64,000 bases of DNA from Barthelona sp. PCE (lineage: Eukaryota): NCBI GenBank assembly GCA_040285745.1, contig JAUFOR010000002.1, forward strand, positions 434,001 through 498,000, read 5' to 3'. Every line of letters starts with the position of its first letter. The stretch's first letter is position 1. The position numbers and the translations under genes were made by a program. The notes beneath the pieces were generated by a model. The model did no database searches. It was not told the DNA's origin and was given only the letters and a program-made list of their open reading frames with translations. This document shows positions 31,700 to 43,200 of this stretch, one piece after another.

Positions 31700-32875
31700 A
31701 TGACGAAAACCGCCATTTTTGTTGAGGTTTGTCAGACAAATTCATCAATATTATCTGAGGAGCAAATACATTCTGCAGTTGGTGTTTACATAACGAAATT
31801 CGTTCCAACATTCCGTCCTGGCATTCTTGTACTGGACGAGAGGCGTTTTGCACATTGTAATGATATTAGTTTTGTTCGTATTTCAGAAATGGAATTGGAT
31901 GTTTTACATTTTTGGGAAGTAGATGTCCATATACGTGTTTTCCAGTTAAATTCGGAAGAACACAACAATATGACTTTAGAAGATGATGATAAAATCCATG
32001 CAACTACACAATGGTTGTTACCTCACTGTAATTTCGAAAATGAATGGGAACAACTGCATTTTGATGGTGATATCAAAAAAACATGTTTGCAGTATTGTAG
32101 ATCAGCGTTAATATTTGCAGAGAAAGAAGTCTCATCAAGTTATGTGACATTTCAAAAAGTTTTGTTGGCTTATGGACCACCAGGAACTGGAAAGACAACA
32201 CTGATCAAAGGTCTAGCACAGAAATTAGCAATAAGAATGAATGATGTATTCCCCCACACACATTTTTTGGAAGTTAACGCACATTCACTGTTCAGTCGAT
32301 GGTTTTCAGAGAGCGGCAAACTCGTACAACGCCTTTTCTCGCATATACAGGAACTGACCAAGGATGAGAATACGCTTGTATGTGTCTTGATAGATGAAGT
32401 GGAGTCGCTTGTGTCTAGCAGAGAAGCTTCAGCAAATGGAACAGAACCAGGCGATGCCATTCGCGTAGTCAACGCGTGTTTGACACAATTAGACCAGTTA
32501 AGTCGCCAAAAGAACGTTTTTGTTTTTTGTACTTCAAATTATTCTAAAAGTTTAGATGTTGCTTTCATTGACAGAGCAGATCTTAAGCTTTTCATCGGAA
32601 ATCCCAGCATCAAGGCAAGATTTAATATTTTAAAGAGCGCAATTGATCATATGTATGATTGTGAAATTCTTTCTCACACTCTTGGTGGGGAATCATTGAA
32701 GAAATTGATGCAGATTTGTGAAAAAGGAGCCGATATCAGTGGAAGAACACTAAGGAAGCTTCCTTTTTTATCGTATGCGAAAACATATGCAAATCAAACA
32801 TCTTGCATAGTTGATTTGGAAAGCTTTTTAATTTCACTAGATTGTGCAATTCAGGATACCGTAGACTCACTTTAA
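31700..32875 (+). CDS. PCH2: Pch2/TRIP13 AAA+ ATPase
   Basis: GPPGTGKT, LAQKLAIR, NAHSLFSRWFSESGKLV, VLIDEVESL, EPGDAIRVVN, SGRTLRKLP. Confidence 0.95.
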   Translation: MTKTAIFVEVCQTNSSILSEEQIHSAVGVYITKFVPTFRPGILVLDERRFAHCNDISFVRISEMELDVLHFWEVDVHIRVFQLNSEEHNNMTLEDDDKIHATTQWLLPHCNFENEWEQLHFDGDIKKTCLQYCRSALIFAEKEVSSSYVTFQKVLLAYGPPGTGKTTLIKGLAQKLAIRMNDVFPHTHFLEVNAHSLFSRWFSESGKLVQRLFSHIQELTKDENTLVCVLIDEVESLVSSREASANGTEPGDAIRVVNACLTQLDQLSRQKNVFVFCTSNYSKSLDVAFIDRADLKLFIGNPSIKARFNILKSAIDHMYDCEILSHTLGGESLKKLMQICEKGADISGRTLRKLPFLSYAKTYANQTSCIVDLESFLISLDCAIQDTVDSL

Positions 32876-32994
32876 TGCTTCACGGCACTGCAAAAACATA
32901 CTTAGAATGTAAATATCTCCTTTAGATTGTTTTTTTTTTTCTATCCCGATTTGCTCGTTGAAAACACGCAAAAACCATCAATTTGTTCTTGAAG

Positions 32995-35900
32995 ATGTCA
33001 AACCCCCATAAAAATCATAAAAAAGGGTTTGAAAAGCGAAGGAAATCTGCTTTAATTGAATCTCCTGTTTCATCTTCAATGAAGGATTTTAAAAACTTGC
33101 GTGGCGGATCAACTGATTCGTGTGAAGCAATTCCTTACACTAGTACACCATTCAGCAATGAAGTTGAAGAATTTTCATTAAAAGCTGAAGATGGGTCCTT
33201 TGAAGATAAGTCCTTTGAAGTTCAAAAACACACAGATAAAAGTTACTATAACGTGTCAAAGTTTGCATCACATTACAGATTGTATTCAACAAGTTTGCGA
33301 ATTGCAGTCTTTTGTGGTTATTTACCTGTTTCAATGAAAGAAACCAAACTTTTTGCGCTCCTGAGCGAGAATCTTATGGTATCAGTTAAGAATGTCGAGA
33401 TCGGCCAGATTGATTATGCACCTAATGATATCCGAAAATATGCATATGTAACTTTTCAATCTTTAGATGAAGCACAATTAGCAATTGAGCACAAGTATAT
33501 CCACCATGGGAAGTGGATCATCAACATATGCCCCATTATCTTCCACCCCATTTTGGGAATGTGGGAGAACCGTGTTTACATGAGGGGAAGTTTTGTTATC
33601 CACAACAAACCAGCAGCAATGGAAGTCGCGCTGAAGGCAATGGGGATTGTAAGTATTGTGGCGATTTTTTTTCACAGTTCTTATCATGATATTGCTTATA
33701 TTCATCTTGGTAGCACAGAAGAAGCAAACAAATTATTCGATTTGGAACTTCCAGATACCATCACTGAGCGATTTAACACGGCCGAGCCATCCCCGATCGA
33801 CCTGAAGAACGTCTTACCGTCAATTGCACCATATAATTTCCCACTTGACGCAAATGGTAATGTTGATTATAAATTGAAACTGGCTGATATTGGCTACCTA
33901 TGCGCGTTAAGGGAGCCCATGAACCAGGTGCGCGACCAATACCATGTCCGCTTCAACTACAGGAAGTCATTCATTGCATCAATGGTTCAGCGTTTTGGAC
34001 TCACTGTTGACGTCATACCGTATCTTTCACTTGATGGATCTGTTACAATATTTTGTGAGGGCTATGATGTCATGTCATTTGTTGTGTATGAGGCTCTTCG
34101 AGGTGTTAATTCAAGACATGGAACTTACAATAGTGGGAATAGTTCAGCGCAATCTTCCGCACCATCTAGTCCTATTCTTTCTGGACAGAAACGCAAAGTG
34201 GACGACATGCTGTTTGTCGCACCGTGGCTGAGTCTAAAGCAATTGCTGAAGTATTTGATGTTTAATCCACCTGTACAGATGACGATAAAGTTAGGCTTTC
34301 AGTTCAGACGCCCGTACAACCTGCAACCTGAGGTGTTTATTAATAAGCTGTCCGTTAACCAGACTGATGTCAGCGAGCGATTTTCCGATTATCCAGTGTT
34401 TGATACACGTGAAATTGCTCACACTCTACAGATGCTTCTACTAAAATTTTTTTCAGATGACGCCTATGTTTGGGTATGTCCTGATAAGTTGACTGTTTAT
34501 ATTGTCACTGTTAAACAACGCATGTTAGCCGAATGGATGGTTGAATCGCATCTTATGAATCTACGGGACCCTGATCTGACAAAGCACTTTTTTAACTTCA
34601 GAATAGATGCTGTCCCATTTAATGTGCTTAACGTTTTCCCTGAATGGGATCCACTCACTGTCAGTGTATACACTGATAATCCCAATTTTTCTCATTCATA
34701 CAGTCGTTCTGTTGAATCGTATCGATTTTTGTTTATTCGTCTGAATTATGTACAGCCCACAGATCCACTGGATGTGGATATAATGAATGCGTGGGCAATA
34801 ACTTGTAGAGTTCGCAAGGAGGCTCAAAAACTTATTCGCATTCTTTCTATTCGTTATAACTATGAGCCTATTGAGTTATTTTCATTTTGTAAGCTGACCG
34901 TGTGGCTGAGCATCTCTGAAATCGCTGACTTATCCATTTTGAAGAACGTCAATGTTCGTATTTTTAATAACATAGACTATTATGAGATTCCAGTTGATTC
35001 CCCCTTAGGTAAGGATATTATGGATCGTGATTTTATTGTGTCCGGTCTATATCGTGATTTCTTAATGTTTAGAAAGAATTTTGACGTCTGTTTCAACATT
35101 TGTCAGAAGGTTTTTACAACTTCTTTCTTTATGAATTATGGTTCTAGCATCGGTAACTTTTCTGCTTTTAGCCGATCCTTGTCTGGTAAGTATGGTATCA
35201 CAGTCAAGTACAGAGTCCAACCTCATTTTGCCGAGTATTTTCTCTTTGGAAGTAAGAAATGTGTTAATGAAGCATTATCTGAGCTGAAAACGTTGTTTAA
35301 GTCACGCAGGGTTGTGTTTAAGTACCCAGCAACGTACAACAGCCGGGAATTATTGCTCAAGTACATGAGCATCCTTAGCAAATCTTATTTTGTGTCACGT
35401 ACACCTTTTATTGTCTTCAGTTCCTCTTTTTCTGGTACTCTGAATATCGATCTGCTTGAAAAATTACCGTATTCACACAATGAGAGCTATGTTCAAACTT
35501 TCCAATTAGTCACATACAGTGAGAGTTTCTTTAATGAAGAAAATTTGGAATCAATGATGGCAATCATCGAGGATGATAAAGGAAAAAAGGTTCCAACATG
35601 CGCTTTTAATCTATGTAATCAACATTATTTGACTCAAGCACTGCCCTCTTTTGTTAATACAATCAAGAATTATTTACTTGCGCGTATTGGAAAGTTTAGG
35701 GTATTCACCTTTAATTTCCATGGTAATTCAAGTAATTTTTTCACTTTTCTTTTGTATAAGGAGTCATTTGAAGAGATTAAAGACATGTATGAGTCTCTAA
35801 ATAGTTTGCATTGTTTTGCTGAAGTAATTAATCTTCCTGAAAAAGAAGAGTTAAACATAATTGACGGCAATTCAATCTTACATCAATTCTTTGGATCGAA

Positions 35901-36672
35901 ACAGGGGGAATTCCATTTGTCATCTTTCGTTGCAAACGGTCAACAAAATCACTATCTTGTTTGTGGTTTATACAACAGATGTTTAGAGTGTTTGCTGTAC
36001 ATGAACACATTTCCTGTTGTATTTCCTTTAGTAATTGACCGTGAACTGTATTCTTTTGTTCCGCAATTTGAATTTAACAGTGTAGTTTATTCAGAGGAAT
36101 CAACTTTTACCATAATTAATTCCAAACCAATAACTTCTAATCTTTTATTAGAAGAAAATGTATTTCAATTGTTTATTCAACATTTCAAACATATTTTTGA
36201 TGATAACGTATTTCTCCCCTGTGTACGTAAATATTTGATTGTTAACAGTGTGGATATTCTTCAAATGGTGTTTGATTGTTTCCCTATTGATATGCAGAAT
36301 CCCGAAATCTTGTTATTTGATTCGTTAACAGAATGTCTTACTGCATTACAACATGTTAAAGAAAAAGAGAATAATTGGGGTTATCATTTTAATCAATTGG
36401 ACTTATTGTGCCTTGATCAATTCTTACATTCTATTCCTGATGCGTTTTTCAGTGATTTTTTAACAGAGCATTTGGTTGTTTTAGAACTCTCAATCATTTT
36501 ATTTGATCCTTTAATGATATATAGAGGTGAATCAGCGCTTTTGAATGATGAGGATGATGAACGAGATTGTGATTGGGAATACAAATTGGATATGAACTTT
36601 TTGCGTCAACCTACTTGTAATCATCAAACAATAACCTGTAATGTCGATTCTGCATATATTTGTTGTTATTAA
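32995..36672 (+). CDS. Large hypothetical protein with N-terminal RRM-like domains
   Basis: RNP-like VFCGYLP...YAYVTFQSLDEAQLA and IAYIHLGSTEEA; the rest is unrecognised. Confidence 0.65.
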   Translation: MSNPHKNHKKGFEKRRKSALIESPVSSSMKDFKNLRGGSTDSCEAIPYTSTPFSNEVEEFSLKAEDGSFEDKSFEVQKHTDKSYYNVSKFASHYRLYSTSLRIAVFCGYLPVSMKETKLFALLSENLMVSVKNVEIGQIDYAPNDIRKYAYVTFQSLDEAQLAIEHKYIHHGKWIINICPIIFHPILGMWENRVYMRGSFVIHNKPAAMEVALKAMGIVSIVAIFFHSSYHDIAYIHLGSTEEANKLFDLELPDTITERFNTAEPSPIDLKNVLPSIAPYNFPLDANGNVDYKLKLADIGYLCALREPMNQVRDQYHVRFNYRKSFIASMVQRFGLTVDVIPYLSLDGSVTIFCEGYDVMSFVVYEALRGVNSRHGTYNSGNSSAQSSAPSSPILSGQKRKVDDMLFVAPWLSLKQLLKYLMFNPPVQMTIKLGFQFRRPYNLQPEVFINKLSVNQTDVSERFSDYPVFDTREIAHTLQMLLLKFFSDDAYVWVCPDKLTVYIVTVKQRMLAEWMVESHLMNLRDPDLTKHFFNFRIDAVPFNVLNVFPEWDPLTVSVYTDNPNFSHSYSRSVESYRFLFIRLNYVQPTDPLDVDIMNAWAITCRVRKEAQKLIRILSIRYNYEPIELFSFCKLTVWLSISEIADLSILKNVNVRIFNNIDYYEIPVDSPLGKDIMDRDFIVSGLYRDFLMFRKNFDVCFNICQKVFTTSFFMNYGSSIGNFSAFSRSLSGKYGITVKYRVQPHFAEYFLFGSKKCVNEALSELKTLFKSRRVVFKYPATYNSRELLLKYMSILSKSYFVSRTPFIVFSSSFSGTLNIDLLEKLPYSHNESYVQTFQLVTYSESFFNEENLESMMAIIEDDKGKKVPTCAFNLCNQHYLTQALPSFVNTIKNYLLARIGKFRVFTFNFHGNSSNFFTFLLYKESFEEIKDMYESLNSLHCFAEVINLPEKEELNIIDGNSILHQFFGSKQGEFHLSSFVANGQQNHYLVCGLYNRCLECLLYMNTFPVVFPLVIDRELYSFVPQFEFNSVVYSEESTFTIINSKPITSNLLLEENVFQLFIQHFKHIFDDNVFLPCVRKYLIVNSVDILQMVFDCFPIDMQNPEILLFDSLTECLTALQHVKEKENNWGYHFNQLDLLCLDQFLHSIPDAFFSDFLTEHLVVLELSIILFDPLMIYRGESALLNDEDDERDCDWEYKLDMNFLRQPTCNHQTITCNVDSAYICCY

Positions 36673-36732
36673 TAGAGTTTAATTTTTGTTTCTATTAATG
36701 TAAATTTTTTACTTTTATTGAGGAGGAAGTTT

Positions 36733-37368
36733 TCACATATAAGCATTGTAAACTTCATCTTCTGTAGCGTTTGTTGTTACAGCATCTTCTAACTTTGAAT
36801 CTTCCGGTTGCTGCACTTCTTTTTGTTGTGCTGCAGTGTTTTGTTCTGTTCCAAATTGATGCTGCTCCAAAAATGGTGTATAAGCATGTTCATTAACCTC
36901 TACGCCCAGATTCTCTCCGATTTCATTTTGTAATTTCTTGATTTGATCATTCAAATTGTAAATGTTCTTCTGTACAGTCTCGATATCAGTCATCAAAGTG
37001 GAAACGTCAGTGGCTTCAGGCATAGGGATACCATCGCTGTACACAAACGGGTTCTCACTGTGTCTTCTTGTGCTTGATTGTTTGCTTACAAGAGGAGTTG
37101 TTAATAAAACATTAATAATATCGTAAGCACGACGATAATCCAATCCAAGTTCGTTATGGATCTCCTTAAAGCTCACACGACCACTGGTCTGCATGATTGC
37201 AAGTATACGTTTAGTAATTTGTTCAAGGCCTACTGCCTTTTTTTTCCGACGAGGTCTACGTTTTGCAGAAGAGTTCTTTCTTGTCTTGGTGGTAGGCGGG
37301 GCATAGAAATCGAGGAAGTCCAGTTCAGAACTATTTGATTGCTTGTAGTTTGTGAGAGGTAGAGACAT
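36733..37368 (-). CDS. E2F/DP-family winged-helix transcription factor
   Basis: GLEQITKRIL...LGLDYRRAYDIINVL contains the RRxYD signature; short coiled coil follows. Confidence 0.8.
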   Translation of the reverse strand: MSLPLTNYKQSNSSELDFLDFYAPPTTKTRKNSSAKRRPRRKKKAVGLEQITKRILAIMQTSGRVSFKEIHNELGLDYRRAYDIINVLLTTPLVSKQSSTRRHSENPFVYSDGIPMPEATDVSTLMTDIETVQKNIYNLNDQIKKLQNEIGENLGVEVNEHAYTPFLEQHQFGTEQNTAAQQKEVQQPEDSKLEDAVTTNATEDEVYNAYM

Positions 37369-38031
37369 TTCAATGTGATTTATGGCTATTTAAGTCAAAA
37401 ATATTATGTTAATGATGGCTAATGGATGAAAATGCGGTCGTTAAACGAAAAACAAGTGCAAAAAATTATTGCAAGTGTAAATGAGAAGGTTAGTTAACCA
37501 ATAACAGGGTTTGAGATGTTTCACACAATGATAACTATAGTTTTATTCACCCAAATATGGGAAATGACGTACTAAAAGTGCATTCCACCTTAAGCAACAA
37601 ATGTTTCAAAAAATTTGTAGATTTGTGTGCATTATGACACTAAAAAAAGCTTCAGAAAGAATATGCTAGATATCTATTCATTTTATACCTGTTAAAGAAC
37701 TGTATACTGTTGTGTTTCAGTACAATACAATGGTGGTATACGTACTTTTTTTTAAATACATTTTCATGCTCGGCAAAACTGCTAAAATTTTTTAATTTCC
37801 GGCGATACATTGTTTAATGTTTGTAAATACAAGAACTATTCACAGATCAATGGCAGGTTTGCAATTTTCATTTTTCCACCTTTTGTTTGTCTCAGAATGT
37901 ATAATGTACACAAAATAAACTGTCTGAATCAGACATTAAGCATTTGTAAGTTGTACTTAACCTGCTGATTCATTTTCTTTCCTTTCTTCAATCTGGCTGT
38001 GTATTCCGACTGGATATTCACGTAGAATTGT

Positions 38032-38781
38032 TTATTCGTTGGTTGCAGTTATACCACCAGCCTCATCAGGGACCGTAGTTTCATGTTTCGAAGGAGCTTC
38101 AGGTTCTTCATCGATTTCATGTTTGGGAGCACGTGCAGGGGCTTCATCTTCAAAATAAAATTGTTCTTCGGGCGAAATTTGTGATGCTTTCAGGAATTCA
38201 ACAACAATTTGAATAACCGGTGCTGAGACGACAATTAAGTGATTAATCTGTTCGTGGAACGTGTCAACGCTGATGTTGGGTGCATATCGTTGATAAAGGT
38301 GAGCGAGGGAGGGCATACCACTGTTCACGGCAGATTTCCAGACCATGCGCATCATCGTATTGCAATGTGGTTTCATTGCAGTTTTGTACGCCTCCATCGC
38401 GGACTTTTTGGGCTTCTGGCCCTCAGGAGCGTCCTTAATGTGCTTTAGTTCAAGAAGTTTATACTGCATTAAGCGCAAGATCTTCTTCAATGACTGACTG
38501 GCACTCTTGTTGTCTTCGTTCTTCTGCTCACGGATCTCGTACTGCAGGAGAGACTGTATAGAGTTGCTGGGGTTGCGATGGTTCGAATCATTGATGTTGT
38601 CAATGTAATTGCTGAAGTCGGATTGGACAAAACCGAGTGCGTTGGAGTCAAGGCACGTGAACAGCGACTTGAATGTGAGCAGAGCACTGACAAAAGATTG
38701 CGTGTTGAGTCCAGTTTGCGTTCCATCTTGGAGTTCTTCGTATTGAATACTCTCCATGGCACTAATGACGTCAGGAAGCAT
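38032..38781 (-). CDS. GLTP-fold lipid transfer protein, paralog A
   Basis: LGFVQSDFSNYI, SASQSLKKILR and AYKTAMKPH follow the GLTP/ACD11 helical pattern. Confidence 0.75.
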   Translation of the reverse strand: MLPDVISAMESIQYEELQDGTQTGLNTQSFVSALLTFKSLFTCLDSNALGFVQSDFSNYIDNINDSNHRNPSNSIQSLLQYEIREQKNEDNKSASQSLKKILRLMQYKLLELKHIKDAPEGQKPKKSAMEAYKTAMKPHCNTMMRMVWKSAVNSGMPSLAHLYQRYAPNISVDTFHEQINHLIVVSAPVIQIVVEFLKASQISPEEQFYFEDEAPARAPKHEIDEEPEAPSKHETTVPDEAGGITATNE

Positions 38782-39453
38782 CTAAATGTAAGAATTATGA
38801 TGTTTTGGGGGGTGATACGTTTTGAATTCAGAAGAAAAATAATATGCAAGGTTTTTTGCTTCTGAGACCATATACTATCCAAACAGAGCATACATTCGCC
38901 CAACATGAAGGGTTTTAAGGGATTTGAGCTTCCATATGGATTGTATGAATAGGGAGGTTTTTGTAAGGGTTTACACTGCTTTTTTAAACAGTGATTTTGT
39001 GGCCCATCGGCAAGGTAAGTACTCCACAGCAATATTTGGAACTTTTATATTGTATTATGGTATCCCTGAAAAAAGTATCTGTCATGTGATGTTTTTCCGG
39101 CTTATTTTGCAGCACCTCAGCAGAGCAATACGTACCACCTTGCAGTGGAGCAGACAAATTGGTATGCAAAAAAAGTGATGCAATTACAATGGACCTTCTT
39201 TTATTCTTATTGAAAGTCTCAGTGAGGATGAACATGGGCTGTGTTCCGTCCAAAAATCGGCTCATCACCCAATTTTATACTTCTAAAGGGGAGAAAAATT
39301 TTATCTTGTTTTGTAGAACACCGTTCATTTTCAGAAGGTTGCTTTGCTCCCCTTCGCAGTTTTACTACCACAAGCATAAAGTCTAAAGTCTTGCACAGTG
39401 TAAAATCATTATTTTTCTCTTACATAAGAGTTTACAGATTTTAAATTTTTTTA

Positions 39454-40206
39454 ATGACCAACTTACTGAGTGTGATTGACTCCTTTAAGGCTGTTATAGT
39501 CGAGGAAGAGGAAGATGGGAGCATGACGGGTATTAACGTGCAAACTTTCCTTTCCGCAGCGTTAACGTTTCGCTCACTGTTTTCGCTAACACGTGTGCAG
39601 AGCACGGGCTTCATTTCTTCGGATTTTCATAATTACATAAACTTAATTACGAGTTGCTACAACAAGCATGCAGCATTAACGATCCAGGGCTTAATTCGTG
39701 ATGAAATAGGGAGAGGAAAGGGCGAAGACAGGAAGTCAGCCACAAGATCACTTCTTAAACTCAATCGTTTGCTTGAATATCAGCTAATCTTCCTTTTTAA
39801 CAGTCTTGCTGTTCCTAAGACTGGAAAGTTAAAAAGAGCAGCGACCAACGCGTACAGGGCGGCCATAAAGCCGCACATCCATGGGCTCATGCGCCTTTGT
39901 TGGAAGACTGCGATTGGGAACATGTGTTCAAAGGAGCATCTGATTCAACGATTGATGGGAGATGACGCAGCAACTGAAGATTCTTTTATTGATGCGGTTC
40001 ACGGGCTTATTGATGTTGTGGGTCCAATTACTTCCATATTTTCTCGTTTTCTGAAGGAATTAAACGTTTCAATAGAAGAACCTGATGTTTATTCTAATAT
40101 GGTTTTAAGGGGAGATGTTCTTCCTACAAATATGTTCCAACTTCCGAAGACAGAAACAGAACCCACCGAGGCAGCTGGAATTGCATCTGAAACAATTGAG
40201 AAATAA
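39454..40206 (+). CDS. GLTP-fold lipid transfer protein, paralog B
   Basis: GFISSDFHNYI, SATRSLLKLNRLL, AYRAAIKPH; colinear with paralog A over its full length. Confidence 0.75.
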   Translation: MTNLLSVIDSFKAVIVEEEEDGSMTGINVQTFLSAALTFRSLFSLTRVQSTGFISSDFHNYINLITSCYNKHAALTIQGLIRDEIGRGKGEDRKSATRSLLKLNRLLEYQLIFLFNSLAVPKTGKLKRAATNAYRAAIKPHIHGLMRLCWKTAIGNMCSKEHLIQRLMGDDAATEDSFIDAVHGLIDVVGPITSIFSRFLKELNVSIEEPDVYSNMVLRGDVLPTNMFQLPKTETEPTEAAGIASETIEK

Positions 40207-40207
40207 A

Positions 40208-43200
40208 CTAGTCGAGTTTGTTTTTCAGCTCTGCAATGTCAGATTCGACTGATCTTTTAAAGTCATGGTAGCTTGTTTGAATGCACGAATCACTGTTCTT
40301 TGATATGAAGTGTAGAATTGCATCCAACATAGGAACATGTTTTAGAATCGTTGAGTTCCCAATTATGATTAGCTTAACCCTGGAACGCGTTATGAGCACG
40401 TTGAGACGACGCCAGTCAAGAAGAAGCTTGCCGATATCGTACTTCTTCACCATAGAGATAACAGCAACGTCGACAGAACAACCCTGAGATGAATCAACAG
40501 TACCTGACTTGATAGCAATGTTATCAAAAACAGAGTTGCTGCGGACCAATTCATTGATCATGTTCAGCTGTGCACGGAAAGGGGTGAGTAACATGACATC
40601 GTTCGTCTCACATATGCTACCCGCATGCACAAGTAGTAGTTCAGCAACCAGTGCTGAAAGTCGTGCTTCGTGCTCACAAGTATTGGGAATATTCTCACTA
40701 AACTCGTTATCGCTCAATCCACAACAGTCCACAAAAACAATGGGTTTCTCATCAAACACGGAGGAATGGCTGTGCCGTAAAAAGGTGGGGCACTGCATCT
40801 TTTGGTTACTGACCTTATCGGAAGCACATCTCAGCATTCCTCTATACACAATCTGCGACACCATGTCACATATGCCCTTGCACATTCTATACTGTAGTGT
40901 GAGGAAAACTTCTGGTATCTGATGCATTTTAAAGTAAGAAAAAACAGAGGGTACAACAACAAACGGGTGATTCTCAGGTGGAGGTAATTGGTAAGAATCT
41001 CCCACTAAAACGATATGTTGCGCACACTGAATTGCATGTAGCGCGTCCGTTAGTGAAACCTGCGTTGTTTCATCCATGATGATGGACTTGGCACCAAGGA
41101 TATCAAGTAGATCATTATTAAGGGAGCTGAACGTTGATCCAATAACCTGTATTGTATCACTAGACACAGCACGCTGAATTTCCTTTAATGTACCGCTTTT
41201 TGGAAGCAGTAACTTACTGCCAAAATCTCTGTCATGGAGCAGAGTACTAGGATTACCGAAGCGGCACACAGTGACACCATCTTCGAGCAGAGGCAGGAGT
41301 AAATTATCAAGGGCTAGATTTGTCTGGCATACGACAAGAAGACGCATTGTGCGCCCAACACTTCTCTGATCGATAATGGTGTGTATGATACTCTTCACAG
41401 TGTGGCTCTTACCGGTTCCAGCAAGACCAACAACAAGAGAGGCGCGTTGAGTCATAGCAGATACGACAGCTTGTCTTTGGTTAGAATTGAGCTGTCTGAG
41501 ATGTTTTTCTATAACTTTATAGCTCCATACTGTCTTCTTGAGTTGGAATTTGGAAATAGGCAGCAGTAATGCGGCTGCACGGTTGTTGCGGTAATATGTT
41601 AACTTTGAATGCAACGCAACGACATTTCCAAGAAGACCAAAAATATTATCTTGCTGAAGTGAGGTTAACGATAGCTTCAAAACCAATGGGGCGGCGTTAG
41701 ATATGATGCCATCAACGCAGTGTGCAAGATGAGGCACAATAGCTTCACCTCTCGTTGCAGCAACCATGACGCGATCATTATCTTTCCACTTCTGATCAAC
41801 TGCGGCTTGACTCAATGGACTGAGGTGTAGTATGTGCTGACATCCGTGTGATTCTCGACGCGAGATGATGTAAAGAGGGTGTTTGCAAGTAAGATATTGT
41901 GCAAAGCACTGTAGTTGGTATCCTTCACTGAGGTTGATTGTGTGAGTTGTTTGGTTTACCATCGGGAACAGGCTGCTCTCTATAGTGTCAACCACTTCAT
42001 GATGCTTATAGTAAGAAGGTTGCTGTCCAGATATCTCCGACATCACAACACATTCAGACACAAAGTCACAGAAACGACACGTGAACTCACCAGCATCCTC
42101 ATGCACCAAATCCTCAATGTCATGAGTTAAATCATCAAACTGCATTGGTCGATCATAAACTGCACCGAAAATTGCATGTTTCTTGATAGGAGCGGTTAAT
42201 GTTGTGTGTAACTGTATTGCGATACTGTTTCTCAGTACCATAATTCGGCCCCACTCTCTCACATCAACCTTTACCTCAATAGGGACTCCCTCTTTTGTTC
42301 CGAATACAGCTGCATAGTTCACAAGACACCCGTAACGCTGCGCAATAAGAAGTGAATACGTGAGGAGCTGGACAGCGTGCTCTGGCTTTGGTTTTTCAAG
42401 CTTACCAGTTTTAATATCAACTATAGAGATAGCTCTATCAAAAGTGGTTGGCGCACGATCAATGGAACGACAACTTTGAACAGCATATTCATGCATCTCC
42501 GCAGGATCATCGTTTGTTGTAGATTCGAATAATGCATCGATTTGGCCGTTGAGACCAAGGCTATAATCGCTAATATTCTCTTCTATACTTAAAAGACGAC
42601 CAATAATTCTTGAGTTCTTTACGTATTTCATGAAATTGAATGAGTGGAGCTTGCAGACATCGCGTAGAGGCTCTGGATCTACATTATTTTTTATGAAAGC
42701 ATGCAAAAACTTATCGCAAACTTCAGTAAATAATTCTTTATGTAAAATAGGCTGCTTGGCATTATAAAGAGTAACAACTTGTTCGCAATACTCATGGATG
42801 AACTGACCAGCCAAGTTTGCGTAATTAGAATCAAGAATAGATCCTTTTGGCACATTAGGGTTGGGGGAAGGCATACATAAGTCACTAAACAGTTTGTTAA
42901 AAGCTCCCTGTCTGGAACACCTCAGTGCGCTGGATAAATTAGATGGTGAGATTAGTATATGTGGATGAAATACTATGAATGAAGGTGAGTCAGATACAAT
43001 ATCAATGATGATGACACCTTCGTCAAAAACTGGACACACTATTGTAACTCTTGTACCAATATCAACCTCCAGGCGGCCCCACTCTCCGTATAAATGCACT
43101 TCATATGTGCTAATACTGTCTTGCTTTTGCTCTAATACAATCATTTCCTTGAAATCAGAATTTGATTGAATACAATCAGTGACATGTCCAGATATATAGG

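Noticed and set aside
38782-38818. 37-nt GTATCA...TCTTACATTTAG stretch on the minus strand ending exactly before the GLTP-A ATG
   Set aside because: Both ends deviate from the intron consensus, the nearest upstream ATG joins out of frame, and TCTTACAT also occurs upstream of paralog B, so it is more likely a promoter element. A 5' UTR intron is not excluded.
38487-39444. Short ORFs in the GLTP spacer, 43933-44199, and the many nested antisense ORFs in the track
   Set aside because: No recognisable motifs, often non-ATG starts, and most overlap well-supported genes; treated as shadow ORFs.
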